In this document: piece after piece, positions 7,928 to 21,478 of the stretch
How positions within the stretch are numbered: position 1 is the stretch's first letter
Layout of the letters: every line of letters begins with the position of its first letter
NCBI RefSeq assembly: GCF_000018785.1
Contig: NC_010163.1
Span: 990,001-1,022,000 of the forward strand
Length of the DNA stretch: 32,000 nucleotides
Direction: 5' to 3'
Origin: Acholeplasma laidlawii PG-8A
Lineage (GTDB): Bacteria; Bacillota_I; Bacilli_A; Acholeplasmatales; Acholeplasmataceae
The notes under the pieces: generated by a model
Database searches by the model: none
Told to the model about the DNA's origin: nothing
What the model saw: only the letters and a program-made list of their open reading frames with translations
Translations under genes and position numbers: made by a program

Positions 7928-9688
7928 TTACTCCTTTCTTAAACCGCTAAATTGTTGATGCATCTCTTTAACGACCTCTTCATATGTGTTTAGCATATCT
8001 TTTTCTTCAACATACTTAAAGCGTCCAATTTGTTCTTTCACAGCTAAGCGTTCAATATCTTTAAAAGACATTTCATGTTCAATTGCGTGAACTGCTAAGT
8101 CGTTAAATAAAATAATCATATCTAATAATCTAAATTGTTTATCTAATGATGAGTACGTATCAATTGGATCAAATGCATTTTGATGTAAATAGTCTTCACG
8201 AATCATTTGAGCTACTAATAATTTTAAACGATCTGATGCACCTAGTGAATCTACCCCTACAAGTCTTACAATTTCTTGGAGTGAAGCTTCTTCTTGTAAA
8301 AGCGTTGAAACAAAACTTACATGGTGTGTCCAATTTTTATCTACATTTGTGTTAAAGAAGTCTCTAATCTGTTCATCGTATAATGAATAAGATTTTAACC
8401 AATCAATTGCAGGGAAGTGACGTCTATATGCAAGTGATGCAGATAAGCCCCAAAACACTTTAACAATTCTTAGAGTTGCTTGTGATACTGGTTCTGATGT
8501 ATCCCCACCTGGAGGGGAAACAGCTCCAATAGCGGTAATTGCACCAGTTCTTGCCTTTGAACCAAGTGTTTCAACTAAACCTGCACGTTCATAGAATTCT
8601 GCAATTCTTGAACCTAAATAAGCAGGATAACCTTCTTCACCTGGCATTTCTTCTAATCTTGAAGACATTTCACGTAAGGCTTCAGCCCAACGTGATGTAG
8701 AGTCCGCCATAATAGCTACTTTATAGCCCATATCTCTAAAGTATTCAGCAATTGTAATACCTGTATAGATACTAGCCTCTCTCGCAGCAACTGGCATGTT
8801 TGAGGTGTTTGCGATTAATACAGTACGTTTCATAAGTGGCTGCCCTGTTCTAGGATCTTTTAATTCAGGGAACTCCATAAGTACGTCAGTCATCTCATTT
8901 CCACGTTCACCACAACCAATGTACACAATAATATCTGCATCAGCCCATTTTGCTAATTGGTGTTGAACTACAGTTTTTCCACTACCAAAAGGTCCAGGGA
9001 TTGCTGCAATACCACCGATAGCAATCGGGAATAACGTATCAATAACACGTTGTCCTGTAACCATTGGTTGCGTTGGTGCTATTTTTTTATTATATGGTCT
9101 TTTAATACGTACTGGCCATGATTGCATCATCTTAAGTGGTAAGATGTCGCCATCATGATCTAGTTCACATACAGTATCAACCACTGTAAATTCACCGGAT
9201 TTGATTGACTTTACAGTACCACTTAGATTTGGTGGAACCATAACTTTATGAACTACAGATTCCGATTCATGAACAATACCAATAATATCGCCACCTTCTA
9301 CAATATCCCCAACCTCAACTTGTGGTATAAATTGCCATAGCTTTTCTCTATTTAATTTAGGGATATCAACACCCAGTGGAATACCTTGTCCATGGATTTG
9401 ATAAATACTATCCAGTGGTCTTTGAATACCATCAAAAATACCACCGATCAAACCAGGTCCAAGTTCAACACTTAATGGTTCATTTGTTAAAAATACAGGT
9501 TCACCTGGTCCAATACCAGCAGTTTCTTCATAAACTTGAATCGATGCTAGATCACCACGTAATTCTAAGACTTCACCAATTAATCTTTTGTCAGAAACTC
9601 TAACAACATCATAAACTTGAGCTGAACCCATGTTTTTAGCAACAATTAATGGACCTGATACTTTAGTTATAATACCTTGATTTGTCAT
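7928..9688 (-). CDS. ntpA: V/A-type ATP synthase catalytic subunit A
   Basis: Walker [18 protein letters not shown]; [32 protein letters not shown]; start chosen at ATG 9688 with SD GAAGGAG rather than the 9706 start in the ORF track. Confidence 0.97.
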   Translation of the reverse strand: MTNQGIITKVSGPLIVAKNMGSAQVYDVVRVSDKRLIGEVLELRGDLASIQVYEETAGIGPGEPVFLTNEPLSVELGPGLIGGIFDGIQRPLDSIYQIHGQGIPLGVDIPKLNREKLWQFIPQVEVGDIVEGGDIIGIVHESESVVHKVMVPPNLSGTVKSIKSGEFTVVDTVCELDHDGDILPLKMMQSWPVRIKRPYNKKIAPTQPMVTGQRVIDTLFPIAIGGIAAIPGPFGSGKTVVQHQLAKWADADIIVYIGCGERGNEMTDVLMEFPELKDPRTGQPLMKRTVLIANTSNMPVAAREASIYTGITIAEYFRDMGYKVAIMADSTSRWAEALREMSSRLEEMPGEEGYPAYLGSRIAEFYERAGLVETLGSKARTGAITAIGAVSPPGGDTSEPVSQATLRIVKVFWGLSASLAYRRHFPAIDWLKSYSLYDEQIRDFFNTNVDKNWTHHVSFVSTLLQEEASLQEIVRLVGVDSLGASDRLKLLVAQMIREDYLHQNAFDPIDTYSSLDKQFRLLDMIILFNDLAVHAIEHEMSFKDIERLAVKEQIGRFKYVEEKDMLNTYEEVVKEMHQQFSGLRKE

Positions 9689-9702
9689 TTTTTCATGCTC
9701 CT

Positions 9703-10008
9703 TCATATAATTGAAATCCCAATTGATTTTTCAACAAGTAATTTCAATTCGGATAATGTATCTTCATGTTTTAAACCACTTGGTAGTTTTAAAAATATAG
9801 GATACATAGACTCTTCATATTTCTCTAATAAAGTTTGAACATAAGCCTCACTAACTGCATCATAGATGATAATTTTACTATCACTTGATGCATATTTGGC
9901 AATATGTTCTTCTACATTCTTCAAGTCATTATCAACATAGACGGTTACACCCACACTACGTAGAATAATGAATGACTCATTCGTACTACATGCAACTATT
10001 TCTGGCAT
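9703..10008 (-). CDS. ntpF: V/A-type ATP synthase subunit F
   Basis: 101 aa, position between C and A subunits; [17 protein letters not shown]...[19 protein letters not shown]. Confidence 0.8.
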   Translation of the reverse strand: MPEIVACSTNESFIILRSVGVTVYVDNDLKNVEEHIAKYASSDSKIIIYDAVSEAYVQTLLEKYEESMYPIFLKLPSGLKHEDTLSELKLLVEKSIGISII

Positions 10009-10015
10009 AATTCAT

Positions 10016-10939
10016 CTACTCCTTAATTTGATAATACTTTTCTTTTAATACACGCATTTCATCTCTTTTTAAAATTGTATAGTGAAGTACTGTTGCAAAA
10101 CCTAAACTTTGGAAACTCAAATCTTCTAAAAGATTTTGTCTGTAAACATTGAATGCATCATTTAATATATCTAAGAAGTTTGGCTTACCTACATATTTAA
10201 ATGCATCAGTTAAAGTCACATCAAAGTGAAGACTTAAATACTGTCCTATTTCAGTAAGTGATTTGTCAAACAATTCCATTAGAATATGTTTATCAATCAT
10301 ACCACCACTTAAGATATTCATTTCTAAATATTCTATATTTTTATTGTATTTGATGCTTCTTATCAGTAACATCACATTCAAGATAGTCGTTTCTAATTCA
10401 ATATATTTTTTGATATAATTATCTGTTTTTTTGTTGAATGAAGTTATGATTCTATCATGTAATATTTTAATCACTCTATCAGAAATACCTTGTGCATCTA
10501 ATTGAGTTGTCTCTGATTTTATGTGATCTAAAAACGAAATGTCTTCTAAATCAAGTAAACCAGATACTCCATTTAAAATATAATCTTCATATCTTTCTTC
10601 ATGAAAGTTACTTAAACTATCTGTAAACTTATTATAAGTTAATCCTAGGTGATAGGATTTCATTAGGTTTGATAAAAACAGATGATCAAATGTTAAATAT
10701 AACACTTTAAAGATGAGATGATCTTTATCCATTAAAGATTCTAAGAATTGACGATGTTTTAATTCTTCTTCTAACATAATGCTGTCAATATTCGTTTCAC
10801 TGGCACGACCATATTGGTGTGTTTTAAGCAAACTTAAAAAATCTTTTCTAGATATATTTTCAAAACTCTTTAAATGGCTTGGTGATAATAAGTGATCCAT
10901 AGATCCACTCATTACACCACTAACAAATGAAATATCCAT
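10016..10939 (-). CDS. ntpC: V/A-type ATP synthase subunit C
   Basis: 307 aa, operon position, AC39-like helical protein (DFLSLLKTHQYG... YIELETTILNVMLLIRSIKYNK). Confidence 0.8.
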   Translation of the reverse strand: MDISFVSGVMSGSMDHLLSPSHLKSFENISRKDFLSLLKTHQYGRASETNIDSIMLEEELKHRQFLESLMDKDHLIFKVLYLTFDHLFLSNLMKSYHLGLTYNKFTDSLSNFHEERYEDYILNGVSGLLDLEDISFLDHIKSETTQLDAQGISDRVIKILHDRIITSFNKKTDNYIKKYIELETTILNVMLLIRSIKYNKNIEYLEMNILSGGMIDKHILMELFDKSLTEIGQYLSLHFDVTLTDAFKYVGKPNFLDILNDAFNVYRQNLLEDLSFQSLGFATVLHYTILKRDEMRVLKEKYYQIKE

Positions 10940-10941
10940 TA

Positions 10942-11547
10942 TTAATTTAACGCCTCATATATAGTTTTTTCATACTTTTTAGTTAGACTCTCAAGTAAAT
11001 TTTCAAATGAAAAGTTTAAGTCATATAGTTTACCTACAAGCATAAATCCTGATTCGATTTGTGCTGGTGTATGGCTTAATTTTAACTGATAGTCTTTACC
11101 TAATTTTTGATTTAATAGATCTGCTTCGACTAAGTCACCCTTCTTAGTTGTTAGAATACTTTGATACATTGCGTATTCTTTCTTATTTACTTGAATTTCT
11201 TCTGTTTTATCAATAGCTTGGTTTTGAATAGAACGTACTACATAATTAAAGTAGTCTTCTTTGTTTAAATGCTTTAATTCTTCTTTTAATGCTGTAAAGA
11301 TGGATTCAATCAGCTGTTGTTTAGATATAGCGACTTCATCTCTTAATGCACGTATACCTTCTTGTTTAGCTTGTTCAACTTGTGCCTTAGCTTTCTGTTG
11401 TGCTTTATGAAGTTGAACTTCTAAATCAGCTTTTGCTTCCTCAATTAATCTATGTTTAAGTGCTTCAGACTCATGCTTAGCACTTAAATTTATAGATTCA
11501 ATAATTGACTGACCTTTTTGTATTATTTTCTCTTCTAATTTTGACAT
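10942..11547 (-). CDS. ntpE: V/A-type ATP synthase subunit E
   Basis: 201 aa; N-terminal coiled coil followed by globular C-terminus; HTPAQIESGFMLVG; operon position. Confidence 0.82.
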   Translation of the reverse strand: MSKLEEKIIQKGQSIIESINLSAKHESEALKHRLIEEAKADLEVQLHKAQQKAKAQVEQAKQEGIRALRDEVAISKQQLIESIFTALKEELKHLNKEDYFNYVVRSIQNQAIDKTEEIQVNKKEYAMYQSILTTKKGDLVEADLLNQKLGKDYQLKLSHTPAQIESGFMLVGKLYDLNFSFENLLESLTKKYEKTIYEALN

Positions 11548-11557
11548 AATAGCCTCT

Positions 11558-12049
11558 TTAAGCAGGTAATTGTGTCCACATTAAGATGGATACAAGTAAT
11601 GCTAAGATCGCATAAGTTTCTACTAAGGCTGTCATTGTAATCCCACGTGTTGAGATCTCTGGTCTTTTACCTGTCATTAAAATAGATGCAGCTGACATTT
11701 TACCTTGGTAAATAGCTGATACTAAACCAACAAGTGCAATTGGTAATGCTGCTGCAAAATACATTTGACCTTGCATTTCTGTTAATGCGATTGGTGAACC
11801 TGTTAACCAACCCATTCTAACTAATAATAATACTGCAACTAAGAATCCATAAATACCTTGTGTACCTGAAAGTGCTTGTAATACTAAAACCTTACCGAAC
11901 AAATCTGGTTTTTCACTTAATACTCCTGTTGCTGCTCTACCAGCAATAGAAACCCCCATCGCTGAACCAATACCTGCTAAACCTGCTGCTAAGGCAACTC
12001 CCATGAGTGCCCAAGTTAAACCGTCAAATGACATAAAAATGAATGGCAT
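11558..12049 (-). CDS. ntpK: V/A-type ATP synthase subunit K (c-ring proteolipid, two hairpins)
   Basis: GSAMGVSIAGRAATGVLSEKP, LQALSGTQGIYGF, AIYQGKMSAASI, TALVETYAILALL. Confidence 0.95.
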   Translation of the reverse strand: MPFIFMSFDGLTWALMGVALAAGLAGIGSAMGVSIAGRAATGVLSEKPDLFGKVLVLQALSGTQGIYGFLVAVLLLVRMGWLTGSPIALTEMQGQMYFAAALPIALVGLVSAIYQGKMSAASILMTGKRPEISTRGITMTALVETYAILALLVSILMWTQLPA

Positions 12050-12053
12050 ATTT

Positions 12054-13961
12054 TTAATTCTCCTTATTAATTTCTTTATTTTCTTTTAAATTGACTTGAT
12101 AAACATATTTTAATTGTAGGCTAAATGGTTCAAATAAGTAACCGCCGCCTTCAAAGAATTTTCCGTAAAACTCTAGATATTGTAAACGCCCTGCGTGTAC
12201 ATATGCAGATAACATACCCATAATAAAGTTAAATACGTGCCCTATTAAGTAAATTATGATACCTAATAATATACCTAATACAGGAATAGAACCCCATACC
12301 ATTTCACCTAGTAAGTTCATTGTATAAGCAATAACTGCAGTGGATAGGGATAATGCTAAAATTCTAGAGTAACTTAAGATATCTGATAAGTAACTTGTTG
12401 AGTTATATAGTCCAGCAATAGCTGAAACTATTTTTCCTGGTATAGATTTTTGTTCTCTACCATTTAATAAAATGATAATCAGTACACCTAATCCCATGAG
12501 TACATAAGATGTGTAAAGTAAAATATTTTGAATTAAGCTCTCTAGCGGGATAAACGTTGCTGTTATAAATAGACTTAATCCTACTAGGATAAATATCCAT
12601 GAACCTGCATCATTAAGGCCACCTAAGATATCTTTTTGTCGATAACTGTTAATAAGTTTCAGTATTAAACCGTGTACGATATGCACAACACCCAAAATAA
12701 GTGAAATGATTAACATCGGAACCGGATCATTTATCGGATCTAATAATGGAGTGAAGATGGTTGCTCCAAAGAAGGATCCAAATAATATACCTGCACCTAT
12801 TGAAGTGACACCTGAATAACAAAATATTTTAACCAAATCTTTTGTTGCACCTCTTAGTTTTCCAAATTTGAGTAATAAACCAAATGCAACAATCATCACA
12901 AGCCCATAACCAATATCTCCCATCATGATACCAAAGATTAACCAGTACCAAAAACTCATAGATGGGTTCGGGTCTACTTCAGAAGCAGATGGTGTTGAAA
13001 ATTGGTTGGTAATATATTCATAAGGTTTAACAAATCCATTATTCTTTAACGCTGTAGGCACCGACTCGTCTGAAAGTGCATCACGTGCTTCTAATTCAAA
13101 AACAAAGTTCTTATCATTTAATATTGTCTTGATGTCTTCTACTTGATCACCTCTAACCCAACCTTCTACATAGACTGTTGTTTCAGTACTTAAAAGTTCA
13201 ATTTGTAATTTTGATTCTTTACTTAAGAGTTGGTCATGTAAAAGTTTTAGTCCACCTAAATCTTTACTAGAATCGATAAAGAATTGTTCTGTTTCCTTCA
13301 TTTCTTTTTCAATGGATTCTAATTCGGAATTTAAGTCAGTAATCACTTCCATATTTGTCTTATCATAGTTTCTATTAGGTTCAATATTAAAATCCATGGA
13401 TTCTAGTAAATCTTCTAATCTATCACTTTGATCTTTATCAATCAAGATAGAAACATAATGATAATTATCATCACTACTTAAAATATCTACATATGCCCCT
13501 AAAGTATCCATGTGACCTTTAAATGCATCATACTTTTCTTTTTGGATAAATCCTAATACGACTTGTGTAAATCTTAAGGTTTCAATTCTTGATTGACTTA
13601 CACTTAAATTTTTATATGGTAAAAGTTCCTCATATTTTTCTTTTAAGGACTTTTGAGTTTCTTGTAACTTATAATATGTATTTTGCAAATCTAATATATT
13701 TGCTGCAAGTTCTAAGCTATGTTGATCTAAGAGTTCAAATTCAGACTTTGTAACAATCGCGTTATTACCCGTAGATTTTTTTAAATATCTTTCAATAATT
13801 TCAATAGCTTTACTCACGCGAATTAAATCTTCTGAAGGTGTAACTGATTTAAAATGCTTTTTATCAGGCATAAAAAGGGCATGCATTTGAAGTTCATTCA
13901 AAATTTGCTCCTTATCACTTTCTAGAAAAATTAATTTTACTTTTTGCATTGAAACGATCAT
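12054..13961 (-). CDS. ntpI: V/A-type ATP synthase subunit I (a-subunit homologue)
   Basis: 635 aa; MSFWYWLIFGIMMGDIGYGLVMI, LGVVHIVHGLIL, LSYSRILALSLSTAVIAYTMN, GHVFNFIMGMLSAYVHAGRLQYLEFYGKFFEGGG. Confidence 0.95.
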   Translation of the reverse strand: MIVSMQKVKLIFLESDKEQILNELQMHALFMPDKKHFKSVTPSEDLIRVSKAIEIIERYLKKSTGNNAIVTKSEFELLDQHSLELAANILDLQNTYYKLQETQKSLKEKYEELLPYKNLSVSQSRIETLRFTQVVLGFIQKEKYDAFKGHMDTLGAYVDILSSDDNYHYVSILIDKDQSDRLEDLLESMDFNIEPNRNYDKTNMEVITDLNSELESIEKEMKETEQFFIDSSKDLGGLKLLHDQLLSKESKLQIELLSTETTVYVEGWVRGDQVEDIKTILNDKNFVFELEARDALSDESVPTALKNNGFVKPYEYITNQFSTPSASEVDPNPSMSFWYWLIFGIMMGDIGYGLVMIVAFGLLLKFGKLRGATKDLVKIFCYSGVTSIGAGILFGSFFGATIFTPLLDPINDPVPMLIISLILGVVHIVHGLILKLINSYRQKDILGGLNDAGSWIFILVGLSLFITATFIPLESLIQNILLYTSYVLMGLGVLIIILLNGREQKSIPGKIVSAIAGLYNSTSYLSDILSYSRILALSLSTAVIAYTMNLLGEMVWGSIPVLGILLGIIIYLIGHVFNFIMGMLSAYVHAGRLQYLEFYGKFFEGGGYLFEPFSLQLKYVYQVNLKENKEINKEN

Positions 13962-14266
13962 TTTGATATTACCTCTTTTTTAAGTAATTCCAAATATTTA
14001 GATGTTACATCTTTATAGTCGGTTTCAATTTTTTGGTGTAGTTTATTTTTAGCTACATCATTTTCTTTGGTGATTGCCTCTACTTCTAAATCAGCTTCTT
14101 TTTGTAATTGATTCAACTTTTCAAGTTGTGCTTGTTTAAGTGTATCAATTACTTGTTTTGCTTCTAATCTAGCTTTTTCTAGCATGGCTTCTTTTTCTTT
14201 TCTTGCATTTAAAATATCTTGCTCTACTTGATTTTCTAATGCAATGATTGCTTCTAGCTTGCTCAA
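13958..14266 (-). CDS. V/A-type ATP synthase peripheral stalk subunit G/H-like
   Basis: 102 aa coiled-coil; first gene of operon; TTG start at 14266 with AAGGAGGA RBS; 4 nt overlap with ntpI. Confidence 0.75.
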   Translation of the reverse strand: MSKLEAIIALENQVEQDILNARKEKEAMLEKARLEAKQVIDTLKQAQLEKLNQLQKEADLEVEAITKENDVAKNKLHQKIETDYKDVTSKYLELLKKEVISK

Positions 14267-14543
14267 ATGCCGTCCTCCTTTATGTATACTTCTCTTTTTT
14301 ATAAATATTTAATCACTTTAATCATTGTAATAAATAAGATGGTGCCTTCTAAACCCTTTATAAATATTGCAATTTTTTCGTCGTAATACATTTCGTTAAT
14401 CGAGTTTTTGCACATCTTTATAGTCAAGTTACTATTACCTTATATTTAATTCAATACGCTTTATTTAGTTCAATTTGTCATCTCATTAAACCATTTATTT
14501 TCATAAGGATACACATGTTTATAAAACATAGTTTTGACCTTCC

Positions 14544-14572
14544 TTGACTTTTAAAAAATCGTCTCATATGAT
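14544..14572 (+). promoter_or_regulatory. Orphan near-consensus sigma-70-type promoter TTGACT-17-TATGAT
   Basis: -35 14544-14549, spacer 14550-14566 (17 nt), -10 14567-14572; no plus-strand gene downstream. Confidence 0.5.
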
Positions 14573-14884
14573 TTATATTTTAAGATGAATTTTTTGAATT
14601 GTTCTCTCGTTAATCATTGTATCACGTATATAATAATATGGTTTTTATAATGCAATTACATAAGTATCAAATTAATTTACGCATTATCCTTCTCCACCAT
14701 AAAAAGTAGTTATTTTCCTTGTATATGCACCAGTTTATTGTGTGAATTGCTTTCTTTGTTTACAAGTGCACAAATTTAATATCACCAATTTATATACCAA
14801 AACTATTTTAACATATTTATGGAGGTTTTTCATTTAAAATCGGAAAGTTTATTACATAAATTACATCTTCGTATGTAGTTAATT

Positions 14885-14938
14885 TAAATAAAAATACCCT
14901 TAAAACTGAGTTTTTCATCAATCTTTAAAGGGTATTTC
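14885..14938 (-). terminator. Terminator of F-type ATPase operon
   Basis: AAATACCCTT...AAAGGGTATTT; on the minus strand followed by TTTTATTTAAATT; just 3' of atpC stop. Confidence 0.75.
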
Positions 14939-14942
14939 ATGT

Positions 14943-17569
<2,627 letters not shown>

Positions 17570-17570
<1 letters not shown>

Positions 17571-19075
17571 TAGATAAATCTCCTTACGTGATCTATAAAT
17601 AATTCCATTAATGCCTTATCTTTAATTGCCTTATGTTCAACAAGTTCTTTTCTAAGTTTTTTACCAGTTTCATTTAAAGATAAACCTTGTTCGATTTCAG
17701 CCATTAAAGACCTGATTTGTTTTAGGTTTAAATCATCCATAAAGCCATTTTCTAGTGCATAGAATGTTACAATTTGACTTGGCATATCAATGAGTTCATG
17801 AACATCTTGTTTTAAGATTTCAACTGTCTTACGTCCACGGTCTAAACGACGCTTAGAACTTGGGTCTAAGTCTGAACCAAATTGTGCAAAACTTTCTAAC
17901 TCTCTAAAGTTAGCCAGTGAGATACGCAAGGTTCCAGCAACTTGTTTCATCGCCTTCCACTGAGCACTACCTCCTACACGTGATACGGATAACCCTGCAT
18001 TAATTGCAGGTCTTACCCCTTGGTAGAACAGTTTTTGTTCTAAGTATAATTGTCCATCTGTAATACTAATTATATTGGTTGGAATGTAGGCACTTATATC
18101 TCCTGCTTGTGTCTCAACAATTGGTAATGCAGTAATTGAACCACCACCATGTTCCTTACTTAATTTCCCAGCACGCTCTAAAAGTCTTGAGTGCAGATAG
18201 AAAATATCTCCAGGATATGCTTCACGTCCACTTGGGCGTTTCATTAATAAAGATAATTCTCTATATGCTACAGCATGTTTTGATAAATCATCATAAATAA
18301 TTAATACATCTTTACCTTGTTCCATAAAGTACTCAGCAATCGATGAACCTGTATATGGCGCAATGTAAAGTAATGTTGCTTCTTTAGATGCCCCAGCATT
18401 GATAATCACTGTATAATCCAGTGCATCTTTAATTTGTAATAATTTGACTAGATTGGCAATCGTTGAGTCTTTTTGTCCGATAGCAACATACACACAAATA
18501 ACGTTTTTACCACGTTGATTAATAATTGTATCTATGGCAATTGTAGATTTTCCAGTTTGTCTATCCCCAATAATTAATTCTCTTTGTCCTTTTCCAATTG
18601 GAACAAGTGCATCAATTACTTTGATACCTGTATGAAGTGGTTCATTTATAAATCCACGGTGCATTAAGTCTTTTGCAGGGCGTTCAATCGGATAGTATGC
18701 ATCAGCATTAATAGTACCTTTAAGGTCCAGTGGATTGCCTAGTGGATCTACAACTCTACCAAGTAGGTCTTCACCTACTGGTACTTCAAATATCTTTTTA
18801 GTGGCACGAACGTTATCCCCTTCTTTAATGAGATCAGTACGTCCAAATAAGATAATACCTACATGAAACTGTTCTAAGTTAAACACGAGTCCTTTAACAT
18901 CATGAGGTAGTTCAACAAGTTCCCCTAGAATAGCCTGGCTTAAACCATAAACGGTTGCAATACCATCTGCTACGCTTAAAACTTTACCAATACTTTCTAG
19001 TCGGACGTCAGCTTTATAGTCTTCAATTTGTTTTTGTATAAGTGCACCAATTTGGTCAATATCAATTTTAGCCAT
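17570..19075 (-). CDS. atpA: F-type ATP synthase alpha subunit
   Basis: GDRQTGKSTIAIDTI; YDDLSKHAVAYRELSLLMKRPSGREAYPGDIFYLHSRLLERA; SRVGGSAQWKAMK. Confidence 0.97.
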
Positions 19076-19089
19076 GTGATCATCCTTTC

Positions 19090-19605
19090 CTAGATATTTG
19101 TGCGCATATCATCTAAAGCTTTCTTTAGTGAGCGCTCAATACTACGTCCTTGATATGTCATCTTTACACCTTCTATTAATGTTGGATCAATATGTTGGTT
19201 GAATTCGATTTCTAGACCAGGTAGGTAGTCTTGAATTTCTTCTTTTAATTGATTTAATCTTTTTTTGCTAAGTGGCTTAGCTGAATATAATTGTACATAA
19301 GCGATTTTTTGGTTTAGTCTAGATTTAGCAATCCATTGTTCGTATATATCTTCGTATAGTCTCACTTGATGATGACGAACAAGCAGCATTAAAAAATTCA
19401 TGAATAAAGCATCAAATATGCCAAGTTCTGTTAACATTTTATTTTTGACTCTATTTCTAATCATTGGAGAGTCTAATAAAACGATCCAGTCCGGGTAATC
19501 TCTTGCGAGTGATACAAACGTCTCAAACTGTTCAATGATAGATTCGATAGCGTCTTCTTTAAGTGCAAGCTTAAAGAGTGCATCAGAATAAATAGTTGAT
19601 GTCAT
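19090..19605 (-). CDS. atpH: F-type ATP synthase delta subunit
   Basis: 171 aa; YSDALFKLALKEDA...; C-terminal DPTLIEGVKMTYQGRSIERSLKKALDDM; operon position. Confidence 0.88.
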   Translation of the reverse strand: MTSTIYSDALFKLALKEDAIESIIEQFETFVSLARDYPDWIVLLDSPMIRNRVKNKMLTELGIFDALFMNFLMLLVRHHQVRLYEDIYEQWIAKSRLNQKIAYVQLYSAKPLSKKRLNQLKEEIQDYLPGLEIEFNQHIDPTLIEGVKMTYQGRSIERSLKKALDDMRTNI

Positions 19606-20129
19606 AATTTCTCATCAAGCATTTCATCGATAACTTCATCGATGTTTTCATCCGTAACTTGGTGGGATACAATCTTTTCTGCTACATCAAATGCAATATT
19701 TTTAATGTTTTCACGTATTTTTTCGCTTTGAAGGCGTAATTCTTGCTGAACATCTCTATCCACTTGTTGAATACGTCTTTTAGCTTCATTACGTGCATCA
19801 CTAATGATACGCTCTTTTTCAAGTTGCGCTTCACTCATTAATGTATCTTTCATTTGACGAGCTTCTTTTCTCATAACTTCATATTCAGTTTGTAGTTCAT
19901 ATCTGATTTGTGCGACACGTTCACGTTCGTGAGCTGCTTCATGAAGTTCTTTAGACAGCGCTTCTTGACGTTGTTCTAAGTATCTTGTAATAGGTTTCCA
20001 TAGAAAGATACGTACAACAATAATTAGAATAACAGTTGCAGCTATTTGCCATAAGACTAAATCCCATCGCTCGAAGATAGAATTTAATCCTTCTTGAATC
20101 GCATCAGATATTTCTTTGAAAATATCCAT
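19602..20129 (-). CDS. atpF: F-type ATP synthase b subunit
   Basis: Single N-terminal TM, FLWKPITRYLEQRQEALSKEL, long amphipathic helix; operon position. Confidence 0.92.
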   Translation of the reverse strand: MDIFKEISDAIQEGLNSIFERWDLVLWQIAATVILIIVVRIFLWKPITRYLEQRQEALSKELHEAAHERERVAQIRYELQTEYEVMRKEARQMKDTLMSEAQLEKERIISDARNEAKRRIQQVDRDVQQELRLQSEKIRENIKNIAFDVAEKIVSHQVTDENIDEVIDEMLDEKL

Positions 20130-20140
20130 AATTTATCCTT

Positions 20141-20401
20141 TTACTTACTTGATAATATAAATGCAATAATTAATGCATAAATACCAGAAGTTTCTACCAT
20201 CGCTTGACCTAAAATCATGGTCACTGTAATTTTACCACTTGCCTCTGGTTGGCGGCCTACAGCCTCAACCGCACGTGCAGCAGCCAGCCCTTGTCCAATA
20301 CCTGCTAAACCAGCAGCCAAAATGGAAATACCAGCGCCTAAGTATGCTAAACCTGTAGCAAAAAATTCAGTTTGTGTCATTATTTGAAAGAATGTATTCA
20401 T
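20141..20401 (-). CDS. atpE: F-type ATP synthase c subunit
   Basis: GLAGIGQGLAAARAVEAVGRQPEASGKI...MILGQAMVETSGIYALIIAFIL. Confidence 0.96.
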   Translation of the reverse strand: MNTFFQIMTQTEFFATGLAYLGAGISILAAGLAGIGQGLAAARAVEAVGRQPEASGKITVTMILGQAMVETSGIYALIIAFILSSK

Positions 20402-20402
20402 G

Positions 20403-21104
20403 TCATATGCCTCCTTTGATTTCTAAATCACTTTCTTCTATTTTATTTGATGAAAATACTGTTGTAAGTAATACAAACACGATGGTTTGAATCACTCCAA
20501 ATCCTATATCGAATATCGCATGTGCTACTGGTCCTGCAATCACAGTTGCTGGTCCTGATACCGCATATATTAGTGTAAGTACTGCTGCTCCGGATGCGAT
20601 GTTACCAAATAGTCGCATCGTCATGGAGATTAACGGGGTTAAGTCACTTAATATATTTAAGGGAATCATGACTGGTGAAAACCACCACATAGGTCCCATT
20701 AAAGTCTTAAAGTGCTTGAGTCCTTTTGATCTTAATCCAACTGACTGTATTGTTATAACACTTACAATTGCAAATGCTAATGTGACCGTTGCATATTTTG
20801 TTGGTGTATCTAATAAGAATAGTCCAGATATGTTGGATAAAAATATAAAGATAGCAAGGCTTAGTATAATCGGTGCAAGCATCTTCCAGTGTTTACCAAT
20901 GTTATTTTTAGCATAGTTGTTCATAAACTGAACAAATGTAATTATACCTGTCATAACTTTGCCTGGATTATCACCAATCTTTAATTTGCTGACTTTATGC
21001 CTGATAATTAGTGAACATATCAGTACAACAAGAACAATGATGAAACTTGACCATATGTAGTAGGGAATAGTTAATAAATATCTAATCACTTGTTCTATCA
21101 TCAT
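20403..21104 (-). CDS. atpB: F-type ATP synthase a subunit
   Basis: MMWF-like region, PLNILSDLTPLISMTMRLFGNIASGAAVL with the essential Arg. Confidence 0.93.
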   Translation of the reverse strand: MMIEQVIRYLLTIPYYIWSSFIIVLVVLICSLIIRHKVSKLKIGDNPGKVMTGIITFVQFMNNYAKNNIGKHWKMLAPIILSLAIFIFLSNISGLFLLDTPTKYATVTLAFAIVSVITIQSVGLRSKGLKHFKTLMGPMWWFSPVMIPLNILSDLTPLISMTMRLFGNIASGAAVLTLIYAVSGPATVIAGPVAHAIFDIGFGVIQTIVFVLLTTVFSSNKIEESDLEIKGGI

Positions 21105-21478
21105 CTCACCCCACTTTTACTTGTTAATGCATTGATGATTGTAGCAATCTGTATAATAGAAAACCCAGTGACTAAACTAATACCTATAAACTCTAGATTA
21201 GCACTATCTTTATTTAGCCAAATAACTAAAAATGCAACAATTACATAAATCATATATCTAAGAAATAAGGTACTAAATACAGTAATTTGATTGATCTCTT
21301 TATAACGTTCAATACGCTCTAATAAAAAGTAATTACCAATAGTAATCACGCCCGCGATTAAGAAATAAAGGAGTAGATCTAAAAATAAGGTACTATAAAT
21401 AATTGTACCTATAAGTAATAACATGCCTGCATAAACATACGTTTTTTTTAAATTAATCGCTTTGTCCGTTTTCTTCAT
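21101..21478 (-). CDS. AtpI-like small membrane protein of atp operon
   Basis: 125 aa, four predicted TM segments, position between atpZ-like gene and atpB. Confidence 0.6.
   Translation of the reverse strand: MKKTDKAINLKKTYVYAGMLLLIGTIIYSTLFLDLLLYFLIAGVITIGNYFLLERIERYKEINQITVFSTLFLRYMIYVIVAFLVIWLNKDSANLEFIGISLVTGFSIIQIATIINALTSKSGVR

Noticed and set aside
14585-14650. Short plus-strand ORF MNFLNCSLVNHCITYIIIWFL downstream of the orphan promoter, plus a 19-codon ORF at about 14820
   Set aside because: No convincing ribosome-binding site for the first and no independent support for either; very short and AT-driven, so not called as genes.
14267-14890. Replication origin or DnaA-box cluster in the long AT-rich gap
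   Set aside because: No TTATCCACA-like boxes and no neighbouring dnaA/dnaN genes; better explained as intergenic/regulatory sequence.
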